NCBI GenBank assembly: GCA_016748015.1
Contig: JAAOMT010000660.1
Span: 186,001 to 250,000, forward strand
Source: Geosiphon pyriformis uo1
Lineage: Eukaryota > Fungi > Glomeromycota
Reading direction: 5' to 3'
Length of the DNA: 64,000 bases
A model generated the notes under the pieces. The model worked only from the letters and a program-made list of their open reading frames with translations. It ran no database searches and was not told the origin of the DNA. Positions 35,742 through 48,800 of the stretch are shown piece after piece (position 1 is the first letter of the stretch; each line of letters opens with the position of its first letter). The translations under genes were made by a program, and so were the position numbers.

Positions 35742-38700
35742 TTTGGTGCTTTTTGTGAAATATAATCTAACAAAGAACTATTACTAACATTAACTATTTA
35801 GAAAAATAACAGAACAAAAAATCATAGAAAAAAATTATTTAAGATTTACAAAATCTTTATTTTAATATTACCAAACTCATCTCAGACTAACAAATAACTA
35901 TTAGCCAGCAAAATAAGCTTTCAATTTCTATATTAATGAAAAAATTAAATTCTACTTAGAAAATCAAAAAGATCCAAAAGCCATACTTAAAATTTTCTAT
36001 AGTAAATTACTTCAAAACACTATGCTTTTACAAAATTATTTGTTTTGCTTCACTAATTACAAAGATAAATCAAAAAATTGAGAATTACACTTAGCAGAAA
36101 TTTTTTATTATTTTTACAGACAAAAAAAAATTACAAATTCCAACAAAAACACCAATAAAATACAACTGTTTACTTAAAAAAAACCAAGAATTATTTTATC
36201 TATTTACTCATCATATCATTATATACCAAAAAGTACTATCCACATATTATCTGGATCTAAATCACCATTAATTACAAAAACATCATTATTCAGAGTATTA
36301 TTTTAAAATAATCAAGAGAAAGCCAAATTATTAGGAACCTATGGCAATTTTTTTGAAAGATTTAATAATATTATCAAAACTTTGATTACTATTATTTTAA
36401 CCAAATTTCGAATTTACCAGTTATTAAAAAAATATTAAATTAGAAAAAAAAAAATAGCAATCAGAAAAATAATAATTAAAATCCAATTTTAATTAATCTG
36501 GAAATTATAATTTTAATTGTTTAAATTCAGCCAAATCCGAACAATTCAAACTCAGCTTCTATTTTTCCAAAAAACTTATCTTTAATTATCCTAATTAATA
36601 CACTACTAGTAATATTAATTGCTATTTAGCAACAATCACAACAACAGTAATTTGCACAAATAATTTATACACTAATTACCAAATTAAAAAAATTCATTAA
36701 TAAAAAAGACAACATTTAAACATGATTAAACAATATGGCAAAAGCCATTACAACCAATGAATAAGATGACACCAAAGTCTTACAAGCTATTTTTTACTTC
36801 TTATAAAACACAGTCAACTCATGGTATCAGAATTTTGTAAACAAACCTCAAGATTTTAACACATTCAAAACTGTATTTTTACAATATTTCAGCAATAATA
36901 ATAACATTAATTGTCTGTTAACTAGTTTATCACAATAAGTATGTCCAATGTATCTAAATACTCTCTAAAACACAATTATATATGCCAAGAATTTTGAATT
37001 AACCAAATTTGATGCCAATTATATTCAAATCATAAATCTAGTAATAAATAGATCATTTAAATTAGATACCAAATTAAAACAATTTGGCAAAACCATCAAT
37101 TAGAAAATTAAGGGATATTTAACTAATAATTAAGCAATTTATTAACTTTCTTAATGTTGTAATAATTCAAAAAACTCTAATTATTTCTAAAATCAATTAT
37201 GTTTATTATTATCATTAACTAATTAACTGTAATAACAAAAAACATGTAATTATTATTATTGTAATAAACAAGACCATCTAAAAGCAAATTGCTGCTCTAG
37301 ATTTAATAACTAATAATTAGAAAATCAACATTAAAACTCCAATTACAGATTTCAAATTCAGAACTATGTCAACAATTTGTTATTATAATTATACTTATAT
37401 TAGCTATATTACTTCTAAATAATGCAATAATCTATATATATATCTTCAGTTTATTAGACTTTAACATTAGTAATCTATTAACTATAGCTATAAGTAATTT
37501 ATTAACTCTAACCAATTCAAACACCACCACAAAACTTAACTCAAATATCAACTAGAAACCAAAGACTGAAAATTACTTATATACAACAAAATTGGAGATT
37601 GGCAATAATTATATACCAATTAATTCTTGGTTTCTTAAATTAGATATCAAGATTGTGCCCAAGAAATTTGAGAAGTAAGTATACTCAAATTCCAAAATTT
37701 TAAAACTATTTAAGTCTTTTGATTATCCCAAAAAATGCCCAATCTAACAACTTAAAACAGCCAAAACAACTACTTCTCAATAATATTCTATCAGCAATAA
37801 TCATTAAAGATGAGTTACTTATAATTATCTTTCCTTTCAAATTAAAAAGATTTTTAATAATGCTTCTTTTTAATAGAGCCACTCTTAATACCAAACTAAT
37901 TACTGTCATGTATATTAATACCAAAGTTAATGACCAATTTATTAAGCTAATTTTTAATAGTAGATAGTAGACAGTATTATTATATGACAACTTATAAACC
38001 AATTAAAACACCAAGTTAATCAAACTACCAGTGCTAAAATTATTATAGCTAATAAAACAACAAAGATTTCTATTGGTAAAATTGATGATTTTTCTTTTAA
38101 AATCAATGATATTATTATGTTAATTAAAGTTCTAGTCATAAAAACTACATAATATCAAGCTTTTGTTAGTAATAACTGGCTGTTTAAGACCAATACTGTA
38201 CTTAACTGAATCATACAAAAGTTATAGCTTATTCAAAACAATTAGCATACTTGAATACTAGCTACTTGTAATTACTTCAAAGCAACTCAATTACAGTTAC
38301 TAATAGAATTCGAAAAAAAAAAAAACAAATCTATCTGAAAAGCTTATTAAGTCTTATAAACTAAAAATAATCACAACAAGCTACTACTAATACTCTCTTA
38401 AAATGACAAAAAAAAAGAAAAAAAAGAGAATGAATCTTAAATTACTATCTCCACAGAAAAAACAAATAATAATTAATATGTTTTATACTCAATAAAATTA
38501 AGAAAAAAACCACTTTATATTTCTCTTAGATACATTAATTGTAAAAAAAGCTTTTTTTTATGAAAGCTTAGATCTTGTCAAAAAAAAACTACTAAACACA
38601 TACTTACTATTATTGCAAACTGTATTATAAAAAACATTTTAGTTATTCAAAATAACAAGAAAAATAGAACAATAAACTATGTTATACTTGTGAAAAAATG

Positions 38701-38927
38701 CTATTTAACAAAGAAATATAGAATAACATTCCTGATTAAAAAAAAATGTGTGACATATTATGCCAATATACAATTCTTATAAGTAACTAAATAAGCCAAA
38801 AAACATTTTTTAATGTTATGTAAAACAAAACTCTCTTATGTTTGAATAATTACTTATACAACAAAGACAAAATCTGAAGAACAATAAATATTAAAGTTAA
38901 AAGTGCTTTACTTAATAAAATATTTGT

Positions 38928-40737
38928 TGTTACAGGTAATTATTTGGGGTGTTAAAACAAATAACAAACTCATAACTTGGTGCTGTTACCAGACGAAATT
39001 AGAGATATCATTGAGCATGAAACTATCTTATAATTCCTATCATTAATTAGCATATATTATTGTTTCAAATTATCACTTATTACATTAGCAAAAATGTCCG
39101 AAATTATCATTTAATTAATAACCCAAATTGTACACAACACAAATGTAATCTAATTGCGATGATCAATCATGCAATACCCCAAACTATGTAACATTCAAAA
39201 GTTCGCCAAAATTTATAGAAATTCGCCGAAATAATTGATAGTTTACCAAAATATTTAATAGTTCACAGAAATAACTTGTAGTTCACCAAAATATATCTTT
39301 AGTTTAGTGAAATTGTAGAAAATAGCAAAGTTCAAGTTTATAAAATAGTGTTATAACAAGTTGTATAAAAAGAAGAGCTTTTCTCTTTGAGAAAATGTAT
39401 CTTACTTTAGATTTATCACTTAGAACCATTCCTACACACACAAAAAGAAATAAATATCAAATAATTCAAAAAACCAAATTCTTTAATTATTGCATTTGGA
39501 AAATCCTCAAAACCCAATTAAGGTTTTGAAATTGATTAGCTACCAATTTCAATAATTTGTTAGTGACTCCAGGCCTAGATTGAAACGTTTCCTTTGACAG
39601 AATTTCATTTCTTTTACATCTTTTTATTTTTTTTCTTTTATTTTCTTACTATAATCATTTGGGTAGCCTACAGACAAAATTTCTGTAGAAGAGTTGACTT
39701 TCACAGCAAAGTAACTATACATTTTAGTGAGCTTTCAGACGAGCAATTCCTGAGAAAAAGTTGATGTTTACTACAACGTAACTACATAAAGTAACTGGCA
39801 TGGAATTGGCCATTCCACTTATAAGCCCAGCAATTCAAATTATAGGAGATAATTTGAAGATAAATTCAGTTACTGGAGGTTCAACCACATCCAGAAAACA
39901 TGAATTCACAGCAAACAAGCATCGACAACATTTAAGAAAAGAGACCAAAAACCTCTGATAACAGTGCTTAATAGTTGATAATATTGGTATTTTCTGAAAA
40001 TTTTGAAGTTTAAAAGTTTTGGTTGAGTTTTTTGTATAATAAATAAAGATTTAATTAATAGTTTCTTTTATAAATTTTTTTTTTCAATATAATAGCCAGT
40101 TTATTTTAATAGTTATGCTTTTTTGGTAAATTATTCTTAAATTTTTACTCTTATTTTTAGGTCTTTTACCAGACTATCTTTAACATTAAATACTTAGTAC
40201 TTAATCTCTTTAATCAATTAGTAAACAACAAAAAAATGAAAAAAAATATGAAATTAGTATTCTGTCAATAACTATGATCAAAAGCTATTAGTCTAGTATG
40301 GTTAAATATTAGATTTTATCAACATAAAATATTGATAAAGTGAAATGAATTAATATTTTTTTAATCAAGTAATAATAATATGTATTTAAGGATAATAGAT
40401 AATTTTATTAATATGAAAATAAATTCACTTTAAGTTATAGAAAACTATTTTTTGAAAAAAAGAGTATTTGTTCTAAATTAATATAAATTCTATTAAATTT
40501 TTCTGGAATTACATTTTTTGCTTTTAATATTTTTACTATATATATATAATTTATAGTATACAAAATTTTGCATTTTCTTAAGCAATATGTTCTATTTTCT
40601 CTGACAATATGTTTATTGTTGAGAAATATATTATAATTTTCTAATATTATATTCACTTACTAAGTTTTATTCTCCTATTGATCTATTTTTCTATCTGTTT
40701 TTCTTACTTTTTTCCTTGTATTTTTTTATAAATAATA
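38928..40737 (-). mobile_element. Solo family-A' LTR (~825 bp net) inserted antisense into the pol of element A'
   Basis: Reverse-complement LTR termini; 4-bp flanks TTGT (38924-27) and TTAT (40738-41). The host reading frame rejoins as KIFVIKNNS, homologous to EIREIKDNP in element A. Confidence 0.85.
38984..39963 (+). mobile_element. Solo family-B LTR (980 bp)
   Basis: TGTTA...TAACA termini; perfect 4-bp TSD GTGC (38980-83 / 39964-67); collinear with LTR 60466-61442. Confidence 0.95.
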
Positions 40738-41199
40738 TTATCATCAAAAATAACTCATTAAAACTTGTTGAAACTATTTTTATCTTAAATTCAGATATTT
40801 TTGTTGACATTCTAAGCAATTTAAAACAATTTCACAAATACTACCAAGATTTAGCACCTATTCAAAAAAAGCAAAAGCAGCATTTAAAACAATTAAATGC
40901 AAGATTCTATAAATATTGCTTAATTTTTAGTGATTTTGAATATTGTAATAATTGTGATTTTATCTACAATCTACTATTGCACATAATTTATTTGATTTCT
41001 AAAAAAGAAAAACCAATTAGTAGTTGTATTTTGGAATCAAAATCAAAATTTAATTATGATTTAGACTTTAACAATAACAACAACAATGGTTCTAATACTA
41101 TTCACTATAACAACAACAATAATAATAATTTAAACTCTAATTACAACCCTAAACAATAACTTAAATAATTCAGTGATAATAATAAGAGTATTATGTTAG

Positions 41200-41590
41200 A
41201 ATATACATATGATACCAATAGAAAATTTGATCTCAGATATCCAAAAAAAACAGCCATTTAATTAAAATTTTATTTACACATCAATATAAATCAGAAAATA
41301 ATACTGGAAATTTCAGCAATGATAATTGTTTAATTAGCTTTTAGATTTAGTTTAATAAAAAAAGAGATTAATATTAAAAGGAAAATAATTGATGCAGAAT
41401 ATATAAAAAATATTATTGCAATATTATAAAATAACTTAAAAAAAAATATATTATTAAACCAAATAAAAAAATAACACAAACAATATTTCTGTCTTTAATT
41501 AAAATAGTTTAATTAATGTTAATAGAAACAAAAAAAGAGTTAGGAATTACAATAAAAGAGATAAATAGATTTGGATTTACAAATAAAATA
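41200..41590 (+). pseudogene. Decayed dUTPase of element A'
   Basis: KFDLRYP, FRFSLIKK, IIDAEYIKNII, KITQTIFL, INRFGFT align with the dUTPase at 56243-56640. Confidence 0.8.
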
Positions 41591-44500
41591 GAAGTACAAT
41601 TAATATAACAAAAAAAAACTATTAATAAAAAGAAATTATCTTTACCAATTAATCTATTTTTATTCTATTATATAACTAGTATATATTAATTATAAAAAGG
41701 AAAGTAAAGGATTAACTTCAAATTTTTGAAATGGAACCAAATATTTGTAAGTCAGAAAAAATTGGTATTATCAATCTTTATATATTAGCCAAGAACCATA
41801 AACACATTAAAATTCCAATATATAACATAACTGAAGATTCTATAGAAATACCAAATAAAACTATTATTAAATACTTAAACATTAAAGTTGAAAGTTAACT
41901 ACCAACAATCATTCTAGATTTTCTACAACTTTGCAAATATATGAATATTACATTACAAATAATTTACAGACAAAAAAAGTGTTATTTGCTATAACCAGAA
42001 CAATTAAAACAAATAAACTTAAAAAATTTAGATCCACTTTAATATATGCAACTTAAGATGCTACTTAATAATTTTACTAATATCTTAATAAAAATAAATT
42101 TGACAGAATTAATATCATATAACATTAAATTAAAACTGAAGATATAATACCAATCAAACAAAAAACATACAGAATACTACCTACCAATTATAAGATCATC
42201 TGACAAGAAATCAACCAAATATTAAACAATATATTAATTTAACTATTAATAAATTCATGTTCTTTACCAATAGTACTTGTTCAAAAAAAGAATAAGATCT
42301 GCTTTTGTGTAGACTATTAAAACTCAACAGTATTATTTATGAAGCAGCTATCCAATTCCATAGATCCAAAAGTTATTCAATACTTTTGAAGAGAAGAAAT
42401 GGTTTTTAACATTAAACTTAGATAGTAGTTATTGGCAAGTAGTCATAAATTTAACCAATAAAAAAAAGACAGCATTTACAATTAGAAAAAAAAAATTTGA
42501 ATTTAACATTATGTTTTTTGGCTTAATCAATGTTTTAGCCACTTTTTAATAACTCATGAAAATTGTTTATACTGGATTACTATAAAAATTCACAGAAGTC
42601 TATTTAAATAACACCAATATATTCTTCAAAACATTTGATAATTATTTCTATCATCTCTAGTAAGTATTTAAAATATTAAAAAAAGCAAAGCTAAAGTTAA
42701 ATGCCACTAAGTATTTCTTTGAAAAAACAAAACTCAACTTTTTGGGACATGTTGTAAGCAAAAACAGCATAAAAACAAATTCAGACAAAATTGAAATAGT
42801 CAAGAACTTTTCAGTATCAACAAATTTTACAAAATTAAAAGCATTCTTAGAATTTACTAGATATTATTTCTGCTTTATTCAAAATTTCTCTAAACTGGCT
42901 CAACTATTTTACCAGTTCTAAGCAAAAAACATTAAATATAAATGAACTAAAACTCAATAAGAAGCTTTTAATATCTTGAAAAAAAAGCTTATTTAAGCTC
43001 TAGTATTAATTTATTCAGATTACAGCAAACTATTTATCATTACTACTAATGTATTTGGCCAAGTATTAAAAACTGTATTGTCATAAAAAAGAGCCAATAA
43101 ATGAAAACATCTAGTGATATATGCCAGCCAAAGTTTAAGTCTAACCGAAAAAAATTATAGAACTTTAATATTAGAACACTTAGCTATCTATTTGGCTATT
43201 ATTAAATAAAAAAAATACTTGAATTAAAAGTTTGATATGTATACTAATCACAAGAATTAACATCAATCTAGAAACAAAAATTTGGAAATAATTGTCATAT
43301 AAGATAAAAAATAGAACTATTATTATTTAATTATATTGTATATTATAAAAAGAAAAAAAAAATAGAAATACTGATGGCTTATTATAAATGAGACAAATCT
43401 AAAAACATTTCAACCCAAAAATATAATAAAAAATAAACACACAAAAATACTAAAAACTTCAATATTATATTAATACTTAACAGTTCAAGAAAAAATTATC
43501 TCAAAAAAAACAAAACAATATAAAACAACAATTAAAATATCTTATCACTTATCAAAATATACTATATTAGAAAACCAAAAAAAATTCAAACAAGCCACTT
43601 AGAGTATTACAAAACCAAAGAAAAAAATAATACTGTTTAACATATACTTAAATTTAACAACAGAATATTTTCATAAAAAAGCAACCATAAAAAAAACCAG
43701 AAAAAAATACTATTGGCTGTCTATGTATTCAAATATTATCTAATATGTTTAAAATTGGAATGCTTGTTAAAGAAAAGGAAGAACAAAACCCAGTAAACCA
43801 CTAAAACCAATTAAAATAAAACAACTATTTAATCAAATTAAAATTAACTTAGTTAGATTATTAACAATAACCAACAAAAGCAATCAATATATAACAGTAA
43901 TCATGAACTATCTTACAAAATAGCCTAAAACAAAAGCAATTCAAAGAACAAATGCAAAATTTGTAGCCAAATTCATATACCAAGATTTAATTTGTCAATA
44001 TAGATGTTTAAAAAAATTGTTATTAGACCAGAAAACTTACTTTGTAAACAAAATATTAACAAAATTAAGTCAAAAATTTGGAATTAAGAAACTATTATTA
44101 TTATTATATTATTTACAAACAAATGGCTTAATTGAAAAGTTCAACAGAACATTATGTAAAACAATAGCCAAGATTAGCCAAAAAATTCAAAACAAATAAG
44201 ATTTGTTTATATTATCAGTATTATTTATTTATCAGACAATAAAACAAGATACTACACAAACAATATTATTTAAATTAGTCTATAGTAGAACAGCCACAAT
44301 ATCAATTAAGATAAATATTAATACATATCTAATTAAACTAATAATAAAAGTCAACTTTCAAGAAATATTGCTGAAAAAAACATATAACTTAATAAAAACT
44401 TTAAAAAACAAAAGACAAAGAGCAGCTAATAACATATAAAAGTTATAAGCAAAACAAAAAAAATGACATAATAACCAATTATCAAATAAACCAGTTAAAT

Positions 44501-45532
44501 TCAAAATTAAAGACAAAGTATTTTGATATTATACCAAAATGGAAAAACAATGGAGTGAAAAATTTGACCCCAAATAAAACAGACTATTTCATATTAAAAA
44601 AATTCTAGAAAATAGAACTAATAAATTAAAATAAAACAAAATTTTAGCTAAAGTAGTATATAAAAATTAACTGAAACCATATTATAATATAACATAATTA
44701 TTTACTAATAATATTTCATAATTAGAAGTACAACAAATATTAGTCCAATCAGATAAAATTCCATAATATCTAGACCAATCATAATTATTAACACAAACAC
44801 ATTAAATTAATTTACAAAAACAATATATAAAAAATTAATACATGTAATGAAAGCAAATAAAAAAAATTGAAATTACTAATAATATTTACTCATTTGTACA
44901 ACAATTATTACAACTTATCCAATATTAAAAAGTAAGTCTAGAAATTACTATTAACAAATAAACAATTCAATATAAAAACAAATAAAGAAATCAAAAATCT
45001 CAAAAAAAAGAACAATATTTCAGATATCATACTTCTGGAAATCTAGTGAACAAAATAATAGAAAAAGTAAAAAAAACATTAGAAACTTTAAAAATAGTAA
45101 TATCAGATAAAAAAATAATATTAAAAAATTAAAACCAATAGATACAACAAATTTCCAAGAACTTTTGCTACTATTAGTTAGAACAAAAACTAAATATTCA
45201 GAACTTATATACAAATAAAACCAAAAAAATATTTAATATAACTATATTACAACAAATTAAACAAGTTGTAAAGAAAAGCAATTTATTTACATGTCCAAAA
45301 GCCATCTACTAACTACAAATAAGATTTCAGGACTAGCCAGAAATATTGTTATACTCAACAATGAGTATAGTAACTATTAATCAACTGGAAAATTTAATTA
45401 ATGCCCAATTCAACAAATTACAGACCAAAATTACAAAAGCAATTCTCAAAAAAAGTTATGGAGCTAATTCAAAAAAGAAATTTAAGAGATTTAGGAGATT
45501 TTAACAAAGCTCAATATTAAAAAAAAGAATAA

Positions 45533-45895
45533 TGTTGTTTATAGAAATTAAGAATTATAATAAGTAAATAAAATAGCCAATCAGAAATAAATATAATAAA
45601 AAAAAAATTGCAAAATTTTAGAATTTCAGAATTTTAGTTAAAAAAATTGAAAAATTTCAAGAAATTTTATATAACATAAATTATGTATATATATTAAAAG
45701 TGTTAAAAGCAAAAAAAGTATTCAAAACTCAAACAGTAGCTAGCAATAATTATTTATCTTATATCTTTCCTTCAAAAAATAGTTTTCTATAACTTGAAAT
45801 AAAATCACATTAATATCAATAAAATATCTAATTAACATCCAATCCATATTATAATTGTTTGATTAAGAATATTAATTACTTTTTTTATTATCAAC
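45533..45895 (+). repeat. 3' LTR of element A' (5' part only)
   Basis: TGTTGTTTATAGAAATT preceded by a purine tract; matches 34908-35303. Confidence 0.88.
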
Positions 45896-48800
45896 TTTTT
45901 TTATTTTTTATTTTTAATATTTAATAAATGAAATCCAAACACTACTTAGTACAATACATTATACAAATGATTTAAACTAGGTGTGAATTATGCATTTTCC
46001 ACACATAACTAGCCACTAAGACCAATCATAACAACACTAAGCACCTATATAAACAGAGACTACATTCCCTATACCTGAGAAAAACAAACAAGATTTACAA
46101 AATCCAAAACTCACACTTACTGTTTCAGTTACACCCAATAATTTAACCATACCAGCTGAAAGCATTAAAGAAAAACCCAATACCAGAACAGAAATAAAAC
46201 CATTATGTAGAATTAAACCATTCTTTTCTATAAATACATGGTGCTTGACATGTACTAACCAGATATCTTTCTAGAATGCAAGACAGAATTCATACACAAA
46301 ATTCACAATATGTTAACTTACAATCTTAGAATTTTTGAAAACTAAAACAGATTTATGATACCAATTATTAAAAACAAAACCCTTAAACAGTGTCATGCTA
46401 ACCACAACATCTGGAAACACAAGTAGACAACAACTGTAAAACACAAAAAGAAGAATAAGGTAAACCAAAATGCACATTCCAAACAGATACATAAGTATTT
46501 AATAGCCAAGTATGATCAGCAGCATCAAATAGGCAGAAAAAGGCAAGGTCGGATATTTCAATATCACCACAGAACAAGCAAATTACACTGAAGTAATACT
46601 TATTATATAATTGTTTACATACAGCAACAGGAAGCCGATAATAGAAAGTTTTCATGAAATATATTTAGGAACCAGCAGTCTGTTTACTAGTGAAACCAGC
46701 CACCAAGTGAGAATTATAATGTCACACCAAAGATGACCTGAACCAATTAATCTCTACACACATACTATTCATAATCATCTGAGAACCAGAACCAGTTCCC
46801 AATGTGCACAATTAACAAACCAAAAAATCTCTCGAACAAAATGTCTAAAATTACTAGAAACTGCAATATCACTAGCCTTAAAATAACTTTCACTAATTAA
46901 ATAAGATAGATGCCAATTAGAAACAGCAGCTGCTTTGGCAAACATATCAGCATGCTTATTGTCAGAAATATCAGAGTGACCCCTAATCTTATGCCAACTG
47001 ACATCTAAATTTTTATGACAAATGGTGCCTATAATATGACAACATTCAATCCAACACCAATTCCTAAAATCCAGACAAATTGATTTTAAATTTGATCTAC
47101 ATGCATCCAAGGCAGCCTGGTTGTTCATAAACAGATCCACAGAATAAAAAGGGGAAACACACTCAAGAGCTAAAGCAATAGCTTGCAGTTCTGCCATGGT
47201 AGAAAACAACAGACCAGAAACTTGTACACTCAAACCCAAATTAACATCCTCAAAAAAAACAGCTGCACCAGTCTTTACATCAAGAGTTCCCAAGCCACTC
47301 AAAGATCCATCTGTATAGACAGAAAAGCAACTCATATTAGTATGTAGCAGATTGTTTTTGATGATATCAAACTCATAAAACCACAAAATATCTGAAGAAC
47401 CATGATCATTCAAAAGTGAAGAACTGATAGAAAGAATAGTAACACAACCAAAAAATTGAACAAAAAGTTCAAACCAAATAGAAACAGGGCCATAAAAGTC
47501 CAACTGCTTCCACTACTTAAAAGTCTTTTATTTAAAAACAGCACCATTCTAGTCATGCAACTGGTCTATAAAAGCAATACTATAACATTAAAGTAAAGAG
47601 ATACACTTAAGATAAGTTGACTTATCAAGGACAAGAGACATAAGAGTCTTATCTCGAAGACAGAAAGCACTGATCAGAGAGTTGCCCAAAGACAAATTAT
47701 ACTCAGAAAATATGTGCACTATACCTGCCAGAAAGTTATTTGAAAGATTAATACTAACATGAACCAGAAACTGTAAAGAGTGAAGTGAATGCCAGCTGAG
47801 AACCTGAAGATCATAGGACCTATAAGAAAATAACTTGCCTAAAATACCAACTGAATTTGCAAAGGAAACAACTAAAACTGATTTGTTCTTAGCCTAAACT
47901 TGTTCAAACATTTTCAAACTATACAAAAAAGAATGATAGATTGTGTTATTGGGGAAATTAAATGACAGACCAGACTTAAATTTCAAGCTTTTGCAAATAA
48001 AAGCATCTCATTTATTATACACACCAATAGGAATAAAACTAAATTGAGTCCTATAACTTATGATTGGGTAAAAAACTGCAGACACCAAATATGCAAACTG
48101 TTTATTTGAGATTGCCTTCTTTAAAACAAAATTGACAAAAAATCGAACATCTGAATGAATCTTAGCCATGCTAAGTTTTGACAAACTCTCAAAAAACAAA
48201 AAGATACCCAGATAGTGATGTGACTCTCCTTTTTTGGCAACAAAAATAGGCAAGCCACTAATAGTTAGATAAGGGTCTTTGATCCAATAGTTGATAGAGA
48301 TGGCCACAGTCTTGTCATTATTGATAGAAATGTTATTAAACCAAAAAAATTCACTTGTAATATTGAAAATATATTGCATAGCAGCTTGGCTACTACCAAC
48401 TCAGATTGTATCATTGACAAAAACACCAGTAGCAAAAAATGAGGTCAACTTGACTTGAGATTTTGCTCTACTAGTTTTGAAAATAAAATAAGAATTTAAT
48501 CTATAACTATATACACTCTTTTGTCTCTTAATCTTACACAGGAGTAAATTATAGAATATGTATCATAGAAGAGACGAGAAAATCTCCTCTTGATCTAATC
48601 CATCATGAACATAGTATTTGCCAGTTAGGCTGAAATCTGTTATTACTTTGTTAACACAACTATTGTGAAGATCTCCAAAAAATCTAATAAATTTGTTACA
48701 TATCTTGATTCTTATTAAACTCTTTCTAAGATGTTTCCAACCAACAGAGTTATAAACCTTATATATGTTCTGCAAAACCAACCAAAGTTCTTGATTTTTT

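Larger units (their letters stand above)
34908..45895 (+). mobile_element. Ty3/Gypsy LTR retrotransposon family A', heavily decayed, with nested solo LTRs
   Basis: 5' LTR 34908-35741, PBS TGGTGCT ~35744, gag with CCHC ~37250-37293, protease ~37900-38270, Cys-rich block, dUTPase ~41200-41590, RT ~42160-42790 (LDSSYWQV, YLNNT), RNase H ~43010-43400, integrase ~43420-44790 (QTNGLIEKFNRTL), ORF3, PPT ~45519-45529, 3' LTR from 45533 cut by the LINE at 45896. Confidence 0.9.
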
